Shown here in pieces: positions 30,777 through 42,323 of a stretch of 64,000 bases of DNA. Each line of letters opens with the position of its first letter. Within the stretch, counting starts at the first letter, position 1. A program made the translations under genes and the position numbers. Under the pieces are notes generated by a model. It worked only from the letters and a program-made list of their open reading frames with translations. It ran no database searches and was not told the origin of the DNA. Location: the NCBI GenBank assembly GCA_963771275.1, contig CAVYSW010000010.1, positions 224,001 to 288,000 of the forward strand, in the 5' to 3' direction. The stretch is from an uncultured Gemmatimonadales bacterium. GTDB taxonomy: Bacteria > Gemmatimonadota > Gemmatimonadetes > Gemmatimonadales > GWC2-71-9.

Positions 30777-33080
30777 GTGCCGCCCGTCGCCCAATTCACC
30801 ATGGCCTACGCGGCCGGCCTGTGGGCCGGCCGCATCGCTTTCCTGCCGGTCGCGCTGCTCGCGACCGGTGCCATCGCGATCGCGCTGCGGGGGCGCCGGG
30901 CGCCCTGGCGTGCGGTGTTGGCGGCCACGGTCCTGGCCGGCGCCGTGCGCGGTGGCGTGGCCCGCCGGGCAGACGCCGCGACGTGCGCGGCGACCTGGGC
31001 GCCCGGGCGCCACGCCGCCCTCCTCCGCCTCGACGACGCCCCGGACGCGCGCGGCCTGACGCGCGGCGACGTGCTGCACGCGCCCGAAGGGTGCGGCGGC
31101 GCCCTGATGGTGCGCCTGGGCGCCGCGGTGCCGTCGGGGGCGACGCTGCTGATCGTCGGCCGGTACCAGGCGCCGGGGGCGCTCCGCGTCGAGCGCTACC
31201 GCATGCTGCGCCGGCGGCGACCGCTGCAGTTTGTGCTGCGGGACGCCGCGTCCGCCCGGATCGCGCACCTCTACGGACCGCGAGCACCGCTCGTCGACGC
31301 GCTGGTGACGGGACGGCGCGGCGGAATCGACGCGTCGCTCCGCGCGGATTTCGCCGCCAGCGGCTTGGCGCACCTCCTGTCGATCTCCGGTCTGCACGTT
31401 GGGATCGCCGCCGCCTGGCTGGTGATGCTGCTCCGAATCGGTGGACTGCGTCGCTGGCTCTGGCCGGTGGCCGCGGTCACGACGTGGGCCTACGTGGCGT
31501 TCCTGGGCTTCCCGGCGCCGGCCGTACGGTCGGCCGGGTTCATTACGGTGCACGCGCTGGCGCGCGCGCGGCAGCGCCATCCTCCCGGAAGCGCGGTGCT
31601 GGCGGCGGGTGCGTTGATGGTGCTCGCGCTGGATCCGGATGCCGTGACGGCCGTCGGGGCGTGGCTCTCGTTCGCCGCGGTGTGGGGGACGGGCGCGGCG
31701 ATCGCGGTCCTGCCGCTCGCGCGGCGCCGTGGCGTGTGGTCGCTGGTCGCGGCCTCCGCAGGGGCGACGGTCGCGACCGCGCCGATCACGGCGCTCACGT
31801 TCGGCGCCGTGGCCCCGATTGGCGTGCTGGCGAATCTCGCCGCCGTGCCTGCGGCCGGGATCGCCGTCCCCGGGGTGTTCGCGAGCCTGATCGTCGGCGG
31901 CCCCCTCGCGGGCGGCGCGGGCCTGGTGCTCGCGGCGATCGAGCGGATCGCCGCGATCGCAGCCGCCGTGCCGTTCGGCCATGTCCAGGGTGCTCCCGGG
32001 CCGTGGCTGGCGGCTCCGTGGCTTGGCGTGCTGGTGGCCGCTGCGTGGTGGCAGCGCCGCCGCCCCGCGCGGCGCGTGGTCGAGCAGCGGTTTGCCGCGC
32101 TGGCGGCGGCGGTGGCCTGGTCGACGGTTGCCGTGGCGGCGTGGCCTGCGCGGCAGTACGATGGGCTCACGATTCACGTCCTGTCCGTGGGGCAGGGCGA
32201 CGCGATCGCCATCCGGTCCCCCCACGGCCGGTGGATGCTGGTGGATGGCGGGCCCCGCTCGCCCGCGGGGGGGGACGCCGGCCGGCGCGTGGTGGTGCCG
32301 TTCTTGCGGCGCCAGGGAGCGCGGACGCTCGATGTGGTGGTGGTGAGCCACGCGGACGCGGACCACTTGGGGGGAATCCCCGCGACGTTGGCGGCCCTGC
32401 CCGTGGGGGCCGTGCTCGAGCCGGGTCAGCCGGTCGGGACGGCGCTGTACCTCGAGTTCCTCGCCACCGTCGACCGGGTCGGCGCCGCGTGGCGACCGGC
32501 GCGGGCTGGCGATCGGATCGAGTTGGACGGCGTCCAGGTTGAGGTGTTGCATCCCACCGCGCGCTGGCGGCAGCTGGAGGTGCGGACTAACGAGAACTCC
32601 GTGGTGCTGCGGGTGAGCTACGGGGCGTTCGATGCCCTGCTGACCGGCGACATCGGGTTTCCGGCGGAGTCGGTGCTGGTGGACCGCGTCGGGCAGGCCG
32701 AAGTGCTCAAGGTCGGTCACCACGGGTCGGCCGGGAGCTCGGGCGGCCGCTGGCTCGACGCGGTCGGTCCCCGGGTCGCCGTCATCAGCGTCGGCCCCAA
32801 CGGCTTCGGCCACCCCTCCGCGGCGGCCCTCGCACGGCTCGCGGCCCACGCCGTCGACGTGTACCGGACCGATCGCGGCGGCACGGTGACGATCCGCTCG
32901 GATGGACGCTATTTTTCGGTCGATCAAGCGCCTGCCAACCCTCTGCTCGAGAGGTTCCTTTGTCCGATTCTCGGCTGGTTACCATCGAGAGCTTCATCAT
33001 CGAGCAGGAGCGGCTGTTCCCGGAGGCCACCGGGGAGCTCACCAACCTCCTATACGACGTGGCCCTCGCCGCCAAGGTGA
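30777..33080 (+). CDS. comEC: DNA uptake protein ComEC/Rec2
   Basis: [17 protein letters not shown] helices, beta-lactamase domain [35 protein letters not shown]. Confidence 0.93.
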   Translation: MPPVAQFTMAYAAGLWAGRIAFLPVALLATGAIAIALRGRRAPWRAVLAATVLAGAVRGGVARRADAATCAATWAPGRHAALLRLDDAPDARGLTRGDVLHAPEGCGGALMVRLGAAVPSGATLLIVGRYQAPGALRVERYRMLRRRRPLQFVLRDAASARIAHLYGPRAPLVDALVTGRRGGIDASLRADFAASGLAHLLSISGLHVGIAAAWLVMLLRIGGLRRWLWPVAAVTTWAYVAFLGFPAPAVRSAGFITVHALARARQRHPPGSAVLAAGALMVLALDPDAVTAVGAWLSFAAVWGTGAAIAVLPLARRRGVWSLVAASAGATVATAPITALTFGAVAPIGVLANLAAVPAAGIAVPGVFASLIVGGPLAGGAGLVLAAIERIAAIAAAVPFGHVQGAPGPWLAAPWLGVLVAAAWWQRRRPARRVVEQRFAALAAAVAWSTVAVAAWPARQYDGLTIHVLSVGQGDAIAIRSPHGRWMLVDGGPRSPAGGDAGRRVVVPFLRRQGARTLDVVVVSHADADHLGGIPATLAALPVGAVLEPGQPVGTALYLEFLATVDRVGAAWRPARAGDRIELDGVQVEVLHPTARWRQLEVRTNENSVVLRVSYGAFDALLTGDIGFPAESVLVDRVGQAEVLKVGHHGSAGSSGGRWLDAVGPRVAVISVGPNGFGHPSAAALARLAAHAVDVYRTDRGGTVTIRSDGRYFSVDQAPANPLLERFLCPILGWLPSRASSSSRSGCSRRPPGSSPTSYTTWPSPPR

Positions 33081-33963
33081 TCTCCAACTACGTGCGGCGG
33101 GCCGGGCTCGCCGCGGTGCTGGGACGCGCGGGCGCGGTGAACGTCCAGGGCGAAGAGCAGCAGAAGCTCGATGTGCTGGCGAACGAGGTCATGAAGCACG
33201 TCATCCAGAAGACCGGCCGCGTGTGCGTGACCGCCTCAGAGGAGGACGCCGAGGCCGTGCCCGTGCAGCTCGAGCACAAGCCTGGCAAGTACGTGCTGCT
33301 GTTCGATCCGCTCGACGGCTCGTCCAACATCGACGTCAACGCCTCGATCGGGACGATCTTCTCGGTGTTCCGTCGGGTGACGCCCGAGGGGCAGCCCGGC
33401 ACCGAGGAGGACTGCCTCCAGGTGGGCCGCAAGCAGGTGGCGGCGGGGTACGTCATCTACGGGTCGAGCACGATCATGGTCTACAGCTCCGGGCCGGGCG
33501 GGGGGGTGCACGGGTTCACGCTCGACCCGCGAATCGGCGAGTTCCTGCTGAGCCACCCCAACATCGTGACGCCGCGCTCCGGGATGTACTACAGCGTGAA
33601 CGAGAGCAACTACGACCGGTGGTCGGCGGGCTATCGCGAGGTGGTGCGCGTGTTCAAGAGCCAGAAGAACTCGCGCTACATCGGCTCCCTGGTCGCCGAC
33701 TTCCACCGCAACCTGATCGCCGGCGGCGTGTTCATGTATCCGGCGGACAGCAAGTCGCCACGCGGCAAGCTGCGGCTGCTGTACGAGGCCGCCCCGCTCG
33801 CGTTCATCGCCGAGGCGGCCGGTGGGGCCGCGACCGACGGCGAGCAGCCGATCCTCGACATCGTGCCGGCGGCGCTGCACGAGCGGACGCCGCTCGTCAT
33901 CGGCAGCACGGACGACGTGGCGTTCGTCCAGGAAACGCTCGCCCGGGCGACGGTGGGCGTGGC

Positions 33964-33967
<4 letters not shown>
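32960..33967 (+). CDS. fbp: Fructose-1,6-bisphosphatase class I
   Basis: [48 protein letters not shown]. Confidence 0.96.
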
Positions 33968-35505
<1,538 letters not shown>

Positions 35506-35511
35506 CCCCTG

Positions 35512-36273
35512 CTATCGCACGACGAGGCTACAGCACGTCACGCCGCCCTCCGCCTTGGCCAGCTCGGACACGTCCACACCCCGGACGCCGAGGCCGCGCG
35601 CCTCGAGCCGCCGGCGCGTCCTGCGATAGGCGGACGGCACCAGCACCGTGTCCGTCACCCGGAGTGCGTTCGCGGCGAACGGCTCCCCAGGGTCCACGTC
35701 GATCAGGGCGAACCCGCGAAACGCCTCCGCGTCGACCCACGCCCGCTGAATCAACAGCGTGTCGTCCGCCACGGCCGTCACCGCCGACTTGAGGTGGAGG
35801 CAGTGCCGCACGGCCACGTCGATCACGCGGTACCCGTGCGGCGCGAGCAGGGAGCGGAGCTGCGCGCGGCCCGCCCGGTTGCTGCGTGTCGACGCCCCGA
35901 CAAACACGCATTCACCGATGCGCAGCACGTCGCCGCCGTCGAGCGTGCCCGGCGCCGCGATGTGACGCAGCGGGCGGGACGGCGCGAGCGCCGTGGCGAC
36001 GGAGGTCGTCTCCGGACGCCTGGACCGGGCACCGGGACGCGTGATCACGGCCAGCTCGTCGAACACGACGGCGGCATCTTCGACGAACACCGCGTCGGGC
36101 AGGTCCGGTTCCGCGGGGAGGCGCAGGACCGTGCAGCCGAGTGACGCCAGGGCGCGCTCGTACCGTGCGTGCTGCCGCGCGGCCTTGCGCCAGTCGATCG
36201 GCCGGCGTGGGACGTGGGTCAGCTGGCAGCGGGCGATGCTCGGGCTTACCGGGCGGGTGATCGCGATCGGCAT
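35512..36273 (-). CDS. Dimethylarginine dimethylaminohydrolase / amidinotransferase family
   Basis: PDAVFVED, RPGA.SR.PE, LDGGDV, HLKS, GGVTCCS. Confidence 0.88.
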   Translation of the reverse strand: MPIAITRPVSPSIARCQLTHVPRRPIDWRKAARQHARYERALASLGCTVLRLPAEPDLPDAVFVEDAAVVFDELAVITRPGARSRRPETTSVATALAPSRPLRHIAAPGTLDGGDVLRIGECVFVGASTRSNRAGRAQLRSLLAPHGYRVIDVAVRHCLHLKSAVTAVADDTLLIQRAWVDAEAFRGFALIDVDPGEPFAANALRVTDTVLVPSAYRRTRRRLEARGLGVRGVDVSELAKAEGGVTCCSLVVR

Positions 36274-36478
36274 TCGGGCCAGTGCGGCCGGTGAAACTCG
36301 AGCACCACGGGTCGCGTCGCGGCCGGGATCATGGGGTACTGTCTGGCACCCGGTCCAACCGGCCGCAAGGGGTGGTCGGTGGGCCGAGGCCGGTGGTGAC
36401 CGGAGGGGGCATCCGCTTGCCGGCCGCTGTCGATCAGCTTAAGCTTATGATTCACTTGGGATTACAGGGCCCTCGAGG

Positions 36479-36691
36479 ATGCCGACATACAGCTATCGCT
36501 GCCCCGCGTGCGAGCACCGGTTTCAGCAGTTCGAGAAGATGTCCGCGAGCCCTCGGCCGATCTGCCCGGCGTGCGGCGAGCGTGCGGAGCGCCGCATCAC
36601 GGGTGGCGCCGGCCTCGTGTTGAAGGGGAGCCACGCGCCCGAGTCGCCGGGACCTGGCTCGTGCTGCGGCGGCGCGTGCGGCTGCCATTGA
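36479..36691 (+). CDS. FmdB-family zinc-ribbon protein with Cys-rich tail
   Basis: MPTYSYRCPAC...CPACG; C-terminal SCCGGACGCH. Confidence 0.85.
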   Translation: MPTYSYRCPACEHRFQQFEKMSASPRPICPACGERAERRITGGAGLVLKGSHAPESPGPGSCCGGACGCH

Positions 36692-36746
36692 CCGAGCCGT
36701 CCCGGACCGCGACTCTCACGTCTCCGTCGCACTAGCAGGCGTCGCC

Positions 36747-37061
36747 ATGCCGACCTATGCCTACCGCTGCCCCGCGTGCGGGCACGAGTTCCAGAAGTTC
36801 CATAAGATGAGCGTGCGGGCGCGTCCGAAGTGCCCCGCGTGCGGCACGCTTGCCCAGCGCGTCATCACGGGGGGGGTGGGGCTCCACTTCAAGGGTTCGG
36901 GTTTCTACGCGACGGACTACAAGAAGGGGCATAAGGCGCCGGAGAGGCAGGACGGGCCCAAGCAGGCGGTCGGTGACAAGAAGCCCGACGACAAGAAGCC
37001 CGACGACAAAAAGCCCGACGACAAGAAGCCGTCGACCAAGCAGCCCGGAGACGACCACTGA
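36747..37061 (+). CDS. FmdB-family zinc-ribbon protein
   Basis: MPTYAYRCPAC...CPACG...FKGSGFYATDY. Confidence 0.9.
   Translation: MPTYAYRCPACGHEFQKFHKMSVRARPKCPACGTLAQRVITGGVGLHFKGSGFYATDYKKGHKAPERQDGPKQAVGDKKPDDKKPDDKKPDDKKPSTKQPGDDH
36975..37031 (+). repeat. 15-bp coding tandem repeat (DKKPD) x ~3.8
   Basis: GACAAGAAGCCCGAC units read directly. Confidence 0.9.
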
Positions 37062-37069
37062 CCGCCGGC

Positions 37070-38707
37070 GTGGGCCCGCTGCGGGAGGCGCTGCTGGCAA
37101 TCGCGCGCGATCTCGGCGCGCCCGACCTCGACATCCAGCTCGAGCGCCCGCGCGAGGACGCGCACGGCGATCTCTCCAGCAACCTCGCGCTCCAGCTCGC
37201 CAGCCGCCTGGGCAAGAAGCCACGCGACGTGGCGCGCGAGATCGTGACCCGCCTCCGCCTCCCGCCGGGGGTCGTCGAGAAGACCGAGATCGCGGGCCCG
37301 GGGTTCATCAACTTCTTCCTCGCGGGCAGCGCGCTCACCGCGGTGGTGCGCGCCGTGCTCAGGGCCGGTGCGGCGTACGGGACCAGCCAGGTCGGTCGCG
37401 GCGTCAGGGTGAACGTCGAGTTCGTGTCGGCCAACCCGACGGGGCCGCTCCACGTGGGCCATGGACGCGGCGCCGCGCTGGGTGACGCCGTGGCGTCGCT
37501 GCTGGAGGCCACGGGACACGCGGTCACCCGCGAGTTCTACGTGAACGACGCGGGGGTCCAGATCGATCGGCTGGCCCGCTCGCTGTGGGCCCGCGTGCAG
37601 CAGCGCGCCGGCCGCGCCGCCGAGATCCCCGAGGGCGGCTACCACGGTGAGTATCTCGGCGAGCTCGCCGCGGCGCTGCTGGAGCGGGAAGGCGCCGCGT
37701 TCGCCGACCTGCCGGAGGCTGAGGCGCTGACGCGCTGTCGTGCCGCGGCGCTGGCGACGCAGCGGGCGGAGCAGGACCGCGACCTCGCCGAATTCGGGGT
37801 GCGGTTCGACGTCGTGAGCAGCGAGCTGGATCTGTACGCCGGCGACCGGCTGGCCGAGACGCTCGCGGAGCTGGCGGCGCACGGGCTCACCTATGAGCGG
37901 GACGGAGCGCTGTGGCTCGCCACGTCGCGGTTCGGGGACGAAAAGGACCGCGTGATCCGCAAGCAGGACGGGACGTACACCTACTTCCTCCCCGACATCG
38001 CCTACCACCGTGACAAGGCGCGGCGCGGGTTTCACCGCGCGATCGACGTCTGGGGCGCCGACCACCACGGCTATGTCGCCCGGATGCGGGCGGCGATGGT
38101 GGGACTGGGACTCGCGCCGGACTTCTTCGCGGCCGTGCTGGTGCAGCTGGTCCGCATCATGCGCGCAGGAGAGGAGGTCCGCTTCTCGAAACGGTCGGGC
38201 GACTTCGTCACGCTGCGGGAGCTCTATCTCGAGACGGGGGTGGACGCGGCCCGCTACTTCTTCCTGTCGCGTCGCGCCGACTCGCAATTCGTGTTCGACG
38301 TGGATCTCGCGAAGCGACAGTCGGAGGAGAACCCCATCTACTACGTCCAGTACGCGCACACGCGCATCGCCGGGATCTTCCGCAATGCCGGGCTCGATCC
38401 GGCGGTGGTGGGACCCGACTTCGCCGATCCGGCGCCGCTCACGGCCGACGTCGAGCAGGAGCTGCTGAAGCAGCTCGGCCGGTATCCGGAACTGGTTGCC
38501 CGCGCGGCGGCCGAGCTGGAGCCGCACCGCCTCATCGCGTACCTGGAGGAATCGGCCCGCCTGGTGAACGCCTGGTACCACCACTACCGGGTGCTCGGCG
38601 AGCCCGCGCCGGTCGAGCGCGCGCGCCTGATGCTGGCCCGGGCGGTCCAGATCGTGCTGCGGAACGGCCTCGCGCTGCTGGGGATCACCGCCCCGGAACG
38701 GATGTGA
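37070..38707 (+). CDS. argS: Arginine--tRNA ligase
   Basis: HGDLSSN, AGPGFINF, VEFVSANPTGPLHVGHGR, WGADHHGY, SKRSG, YYVQYAH, APERM. Confidence 0.96.
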   Translation: MGPLREALLAIARDLGAPDLDIQLERPREDAHGDLSSNLALQLASRLGKKPRDVAREIVTRLRLPPGVVEKTEIAGPGFINFFLAGSALTAVVRAVLRAGAAYGTSQVGRGVRVNVEFVSANPTGPLHVGHGRGAALGDAVASLLEATGHAVTREFYVNDAGVQIDRLARSLWARVQQRAGRAAEIPEGGYHGEYLGELAAALLEREGAAFADLPEAEALTRCRAAALATQRAEQDRDLAEFGVRFDVVSSELDLYAGDRLAETLAELAAHGLTYERDGALWLATSRFGDEKDRVIRKQDGTYTYFLPDIAYHRDKARRGFHRAIDVWGADHHGYVARMRAAMVGLGLAPDFFAAVLVQLVRIMRAGEEVRFSKRSGDFVTLRELYLETGVDAARYFFLSRRADSQFVFDVDLAKRQSEENPIYYVQYAHTRIAGIFRNAGLDPAVVGPDFADPAPLTADVEQELLKQLGRYPELVARAAAELEPHRLIAYLEESARLVNAWYHHYRVLGEPAPVERARLMLARAVQIVLRNGLALLGITAPERM

Positions 38708-39639
38708 TCGTGAGTCTCCTCGTCGTCGGCAGCATCGCGCTTGATTCGGTCGAGACGCCGTTCGGCTCCACGGCCGACGCCCTCGGCGGGTCCGCCGTGT
38801 TCTTCAGTGCGGCGGGCTGCCTGCTGCACCCCGTGCAGATGGTCGGCGTGGTGGGGGACGACTACCCGTTCGACCGGCTGGAGCGCATGGCGCGGCGCGG
38901 GATCGACCTGGCCGGGGTCGAGCGCACGCATGGCGAGAGTTTCCGCTGGAAGGGCAGATACTCCTACGACCTGCAGAACCGGGAGACGCTCGAGACCCGG
39001 CTCGGCGTGTTCGCCGAGTTCCAGCCGCGCATTCCGGCGGCGTTCCGCGATGCGCGGTACGTGTTTCTCGGCAACATCGATCCCGCGTTGCAGATCGGCG
39101 TGCTTGACCAGGTGCAGGATCCCGCGCTCGTCGCGTGCGACACGATGAATTACTGGATTCAGGGCAAGCGCGACGTGCTGCTCGAGCTGCTGCGCCGGGT
39201 TGACGTGCTGCTGGTCAACGACGCCGAAGCGCGCCAGCTTTCGGGCGACTGGAACATCTATCGGGCGGCGCGGTGGATCCTCAAGCACGGGCCGCGCCAT
39301 GTCGTGGTGAAGCAGGGCGAGTACGGCGCGCTGCTGGTGAACGAGGGTGGCGTGTTCTACGTGCCCGGCTACCCGCTCGAGGAGCTCTTCGATCCGACCG
39401 GGGCCGGCGACGCGTTCGCCGGAGGGTTCATGGCCCACGTGGCGCGCAGCGGCGACGCGACGCCCGAGAACCTGCGGCGGGCGATGGTGGTGGGCAGCGC
39501 GATGGGGTCGTTTGCCTGCGAGCAGTTCTCGGTGCACCGGTTCGACGCGCTGACCCCGGACGAGGTGGCGGCGCGGGTGCGCGCGTTCCGCGAGCTGGTG
39601 CGGTTCGACGTGGGGCCCTTCATGGAGGGCGGGGGCTGA
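38704..39639 (+). CDS. PfkB-family carbohydrate/nucleoside kinase
   Basis: VVGSIALD, GGSA, VKQGEYGA, DPTGAGDAFAGG. Confidence 0.9.
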   Translation: MIVSLLVVGSIALDSVETPFGSTADALGGSAVFFSAAGCLLHPVQMVGVVGDDYPFDRLERMARRGIDLAGVERTHGESFRWKGRYSYDLQNRETLETRLGVFAEFQPRIPAAFRDARYVFLGNIDPALQIGVLDQVQDPALVACDTMNYWIQGKRDVLLELLRRVDVLLVNDAEARQLSGDWNIYRAARWILKHGPRHVVVKQGEYGALLVNEGGVFYVPGYPLEELFDPTGAGDAFAGGFMAHVARSGDATPENLRRAMVVGSAMGSFACEQFSVHRFDALTPDEVAARVRAFRELVRFDVGPFMEGGG

Positions 39640-40661
39640 TGCCGGCGGATCGCTATCGTGTGGCGGGTGTCGATCTCGAGGCGGCGGAGGCGGCGAAGCG
39701 CCGCATCGTCGAGCTGGTCAAGGCGACCCGTACCGACCTCGCGCGCGGGCTGCTGGGGGGGTTCGGCGGCATGGTACGCCTGCCGGCCGACGTTCCCGAC
39801 CCGGTGCTCGTGATGAGCACTGACGGCGTCGGCACCAAGGTGCTCGTCGCGATTCGTGCGGGCCGGCACGACACGGTGGGCGAGGACCTGGTCAACCACT
39901 GCGTGAACGACATTCTGGTGCATGGCGCGCGGCCGCTCGCGTTCCTCGACTACATCGCGACCGCCGCGATGGACGTCGGAACCGTCGCCGGGCTGGTCGA
40001 AGGCGTGGCACGGGGATGCCGCGCGCACGCCATCACGCTGGCCGGGGGCGAAACCGCGCAGCTGCCCGACCTGTATCACCCCGGCCACTACGATCTCGCG
40101 GGCACGATCGTCGGCGTCGTGTCCGAGGGTGCGGCGCTGCACGGCGACCGCGTGCGCGCGGGCGACGTTCTGCTGGGCTACGCCTCGTCCGGTCTCCACA
40201 CCAACGGCTACACGCTGGCGCGGCGCATTGTGTTCGACGAGCTGTCGCTCGACGTGGACACGCACGTGCGGGAGCTGGGCATGACCGTGGCGGATGCGCT
40301 GCTCGCCGTCCACCGCAGCTACTGGCCGGCCCTGCAGCCGGTGCTCGATCGCGTGCACGCACTGGCGCACATCACGGGAGGCGGCATCCCGGGCAACCTG
40401 TCGCGCTCGCTGCCGGCGGGGCTGGCGGCGCGCGTGCGGTTCGGGGCGTGGCCGGTGCCGCCGCTGTTCGATTTCCTCGCGCGGGCGGGACGGGTGGCGG
40501 CGGACGAGATGGATCGCGTGTTCAACATGGGGATCGGCATGATCGCCGTCGTGGCGCCCGCCGCGGCGTCGGCGGTGCGTGCGGCCGCCGCCCGGGCGGG
40601 CGTGGACACGTGGGAGATCGGCGACATCGTGGCTGGGACGGGTGTCGAGATCGTGCGGTAG
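39639..40661 (+). CDS. purM: AIR synthase
   Basis: Y..AGVD, GGFGG, TDGVGTK, FLDY, GGETA, SSGLHTNGY, HITGGG, FNMGIG. Confidence 0.96.
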   Translation: MPADRYRVAGVDLEAAEAAKRRIVELVKATRTDLARGLLGGFGGMVRLPADVPDPVLVMSTDGVGTKVLVAIRAGRHDTVGEDLVNHCVNDILVHGARPLAFLDYIATAAMDVGTVAGLVEGVARGCRAHAITLAGGETAQLPDLYHPGHYDLAGTIVGVVSEGAALHGDRVRAGDVLLGYASSGLHTNGYTLARRIVFDELSLDVDTHVRELGMTVADALLAVHRSYWPALQPVLDRVHALAHITGGGIPGNLSRSLPAGLAARVRFGAWPVPPLFDFLARAGRVAADEMDRVFNMGIGMIAVVAPAAASAVRAAAARAGVDTWEIGDIVAGTGVEIVR

Positions 40662-40662
40662 C

Positions 40663-41751
40663 ATGATCACCGAGCGCGAGGCGATGAACCGGGCCGTGAC
40701 CCTTGCCCTGCGGGGATGGGGCCGGGTGGCCCCGAACCCGCTGGTCGGGGCGGTGGTCATGCGCGAGGGTCGGGTTCTGGGGGAGGGCTGGCACGCGGAA
40801 TTCGGTGGCCCGCATGCGGAGGGCGTAGCGCTGAGCCGCTGCGCCGACCCGCGCGGGGCCACGGCGGTGGTCACGCTCGAACCCTGCGCGCACTACGGCA
40901 AGACGCCGCCGTGCACGGAGGCCCTGGCGGCCCAGGGGATCGCGCGGGTGGTGATCGCGGGGCGAGACCCCAATCCGGTCGCGCAGGGCGGCGCCGAGCA
41001 GTTGCGGGCCGCCGGCATCGAGGTCGAGATCGGCTTGGGCGCGGAGGAAGCCGCGGCGGCCAACGCGGCCTACCTGTGGTCGACCGTGCGGGGCGAGCGC
41101 CCGTTCGTCGCCGTCAAGGTCGCTGCCTCGCTCGACGGCTTCATCGCCGACGCGGAGGGACACTCGCAGTGGATCTCGGGTGCCGCCGCGCACGAGTTCG
41201 TGCACTGGCTGCGCGCCGGCTTCGACGCGATCGCGGTGGGGCGCGAGACCGCGGTGCGGGACGATCCGCAACTCACCGTGCGCGGCGCCGTGACGCCGCG
41301 GGTCCCGCCTGCCCGCGTGGTCTTCGCGGGGCGGGGACCGCTGCCCACCAGCTTGCGATGCCTCGATCCGGCAGGGGGCGGGCCGGCCATCGTGGTCACC
41401 CAGCCCGCCGTGGCGGCTGTGCGGCGCGCGGCGCTCGGGCCCGCGGGCGTCCGGCTGCTCGAGGCGGCCACGCCGGCGGCGGGGTTGGAGGGGCTGCGCG
41501 CGGCGGGGGTGCGCGCGCTGCTCGTCGAGGGCGGTGGCACCCTCGTGGGCAACCTGCTCGAGGCGGACCTCGTGGATCGGGTGTATCGCATCACCGCGCC
41601 GGTCTGGCTGGGCGCGGGAGCGCCCGCGTTTGGCAGCCGCGCAGGCGTGCCGCTCGGAGACGCCGCGCGCTGGGTGGTGACCGAGCGCCGTTCGCTCGGT
41701 TCCGATAACTTACTGGTCGTGGATCGCGCGCTGTGTTTACAGGGATCGTAA
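40663..41751 (+). CDS. ribD: Riboflavin biosynthesis deaminase/reductase RibD
   Basis: PNPLVGAV, HAE, TLEPCAHYGKTPPC, SLDG, DDPQLT, LVEGG. Confidence 0.95.
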   Translation: MITEREAMNRAVTLALRGWGRVAPNPLVGAVVMREGRVLGEGWHAEFGGPHAEGVALSRCADPRGATAVVTLEPCAHYGKTPPCTEALAAQGIARVVIAGRDPNPVAQGGAEQLRAAGIEVEIGLGAEEAAAANAAYLWSTVRGERPFVAVKVAASLDGFIADAEGHSQWISGAAAHEFVHWLRAGFDAIAVGRETAVRDDPQLTVRGAVTPRVPPARVVFAGRGPLPTSLRCLDPAGGGPAIVVTQPAVAAVRRAALGPAGVRLLEAATPAAGLEGLRAAGVRALLVEGGGTLVGNLLEADLVDRVYRITAPVWLGAGAPAFGSRAGVPLGDAARWVVTERRSLGSDNLLVVDRALCLQGS

Positions 41752-42323
41752 CGGCCATGGGCCGCGTGGAGCGCGCCGAGCGGTCGACCGATCGATTGGG
41801 GCTCACGCTGCGCTCGCCGTACGAAGGCCTCGCGGTGGGCGACAGCGTGGCGGTGAACGGGGCGTGCCTCACCGTTGTCGAGACCGACGGGTGCCGCTTC
41901 CGGGTGGACGTGATCGTGACGACCCGGGGCCGCACGTGTCTCGAGGCGTTGCAGGTGGGCGATCCCGTGAATCTGGAACGGCCGCTCGGCGTGGGTGACC
42001 GGTTCGGTGGTCACTTCGTCCAGGGGCATGTAGACGGGCTCGGCGAGGTGCTGGCGGTCCGCGACGTGGCGGACGCCCGCCTGGTGGACCTGCGGCTCCC
42101 GCCGGACGTCGCGGAGCTGTCCGTGCCGCACGGCTCGATCGCCCTCGACGGGGTCAGCCTCACGATCAACGCCATCCCGTCACCCGACGTGATCCAGGTC
42201 GCACTCATCCCGTACACGCTCGTGGAGACCACGCTGGGAGGCTGGCGGGTCGGTGACCGCATACAGGTGGAGGGGGACATGCTGGGGAAGTACGTGCGGC
42301 GCCTCCTCCGGAAGGAATCATAG
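41733..42323 (+). CDS. ribE: Riboflavin synthase (alpha)
   Basis: MFTGIV, GDSVAVNGACLTV, VNLER, GGHFVQGHVD, GSIALDGVSLT. Confidence 0.95.
   Translation: MFTGIVTAMGRVERAERSTDRLGLTLRSPYEGLAVGDSVAVNGACLTVVETDGCRFRVDVIVTTRGRTCLEALQVGDPVNLERPLGVGDRFGGHFVQGHVDGLGEVLAVRDVADARLVDLRLPPDVAELSVPHGSIALDGVSLTINAIPSPDVIQVALIPYTLVETTLGGWRVGDRIQVEGDMLGKYVRRLLRKES

Noticed and set aside
36274..36440. Guanidine riboswitch or SRP RNA upstream of DDAH
   Set aside because: A GC hairpin exists near 36351-36386, but there are no paired ACGR loops, ykkC core or SRP CAGG..GGAA..AGCAG motif.
36689..36746. Selenocysteine read-through of the TGA after the Cys-rich FmdB tail (prompted by selB)
   Set aside because: The downstream frame is not protein-like, CCGG.CGC is a normal terminus and no convincing SECIS was seen; no in-frame UGA candidate was found elsewhere in the window.
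36975..37031. CRISPR-like array
   Set aside because: Contiguous 15-bp coding repeats with no spacers and no cas genes.
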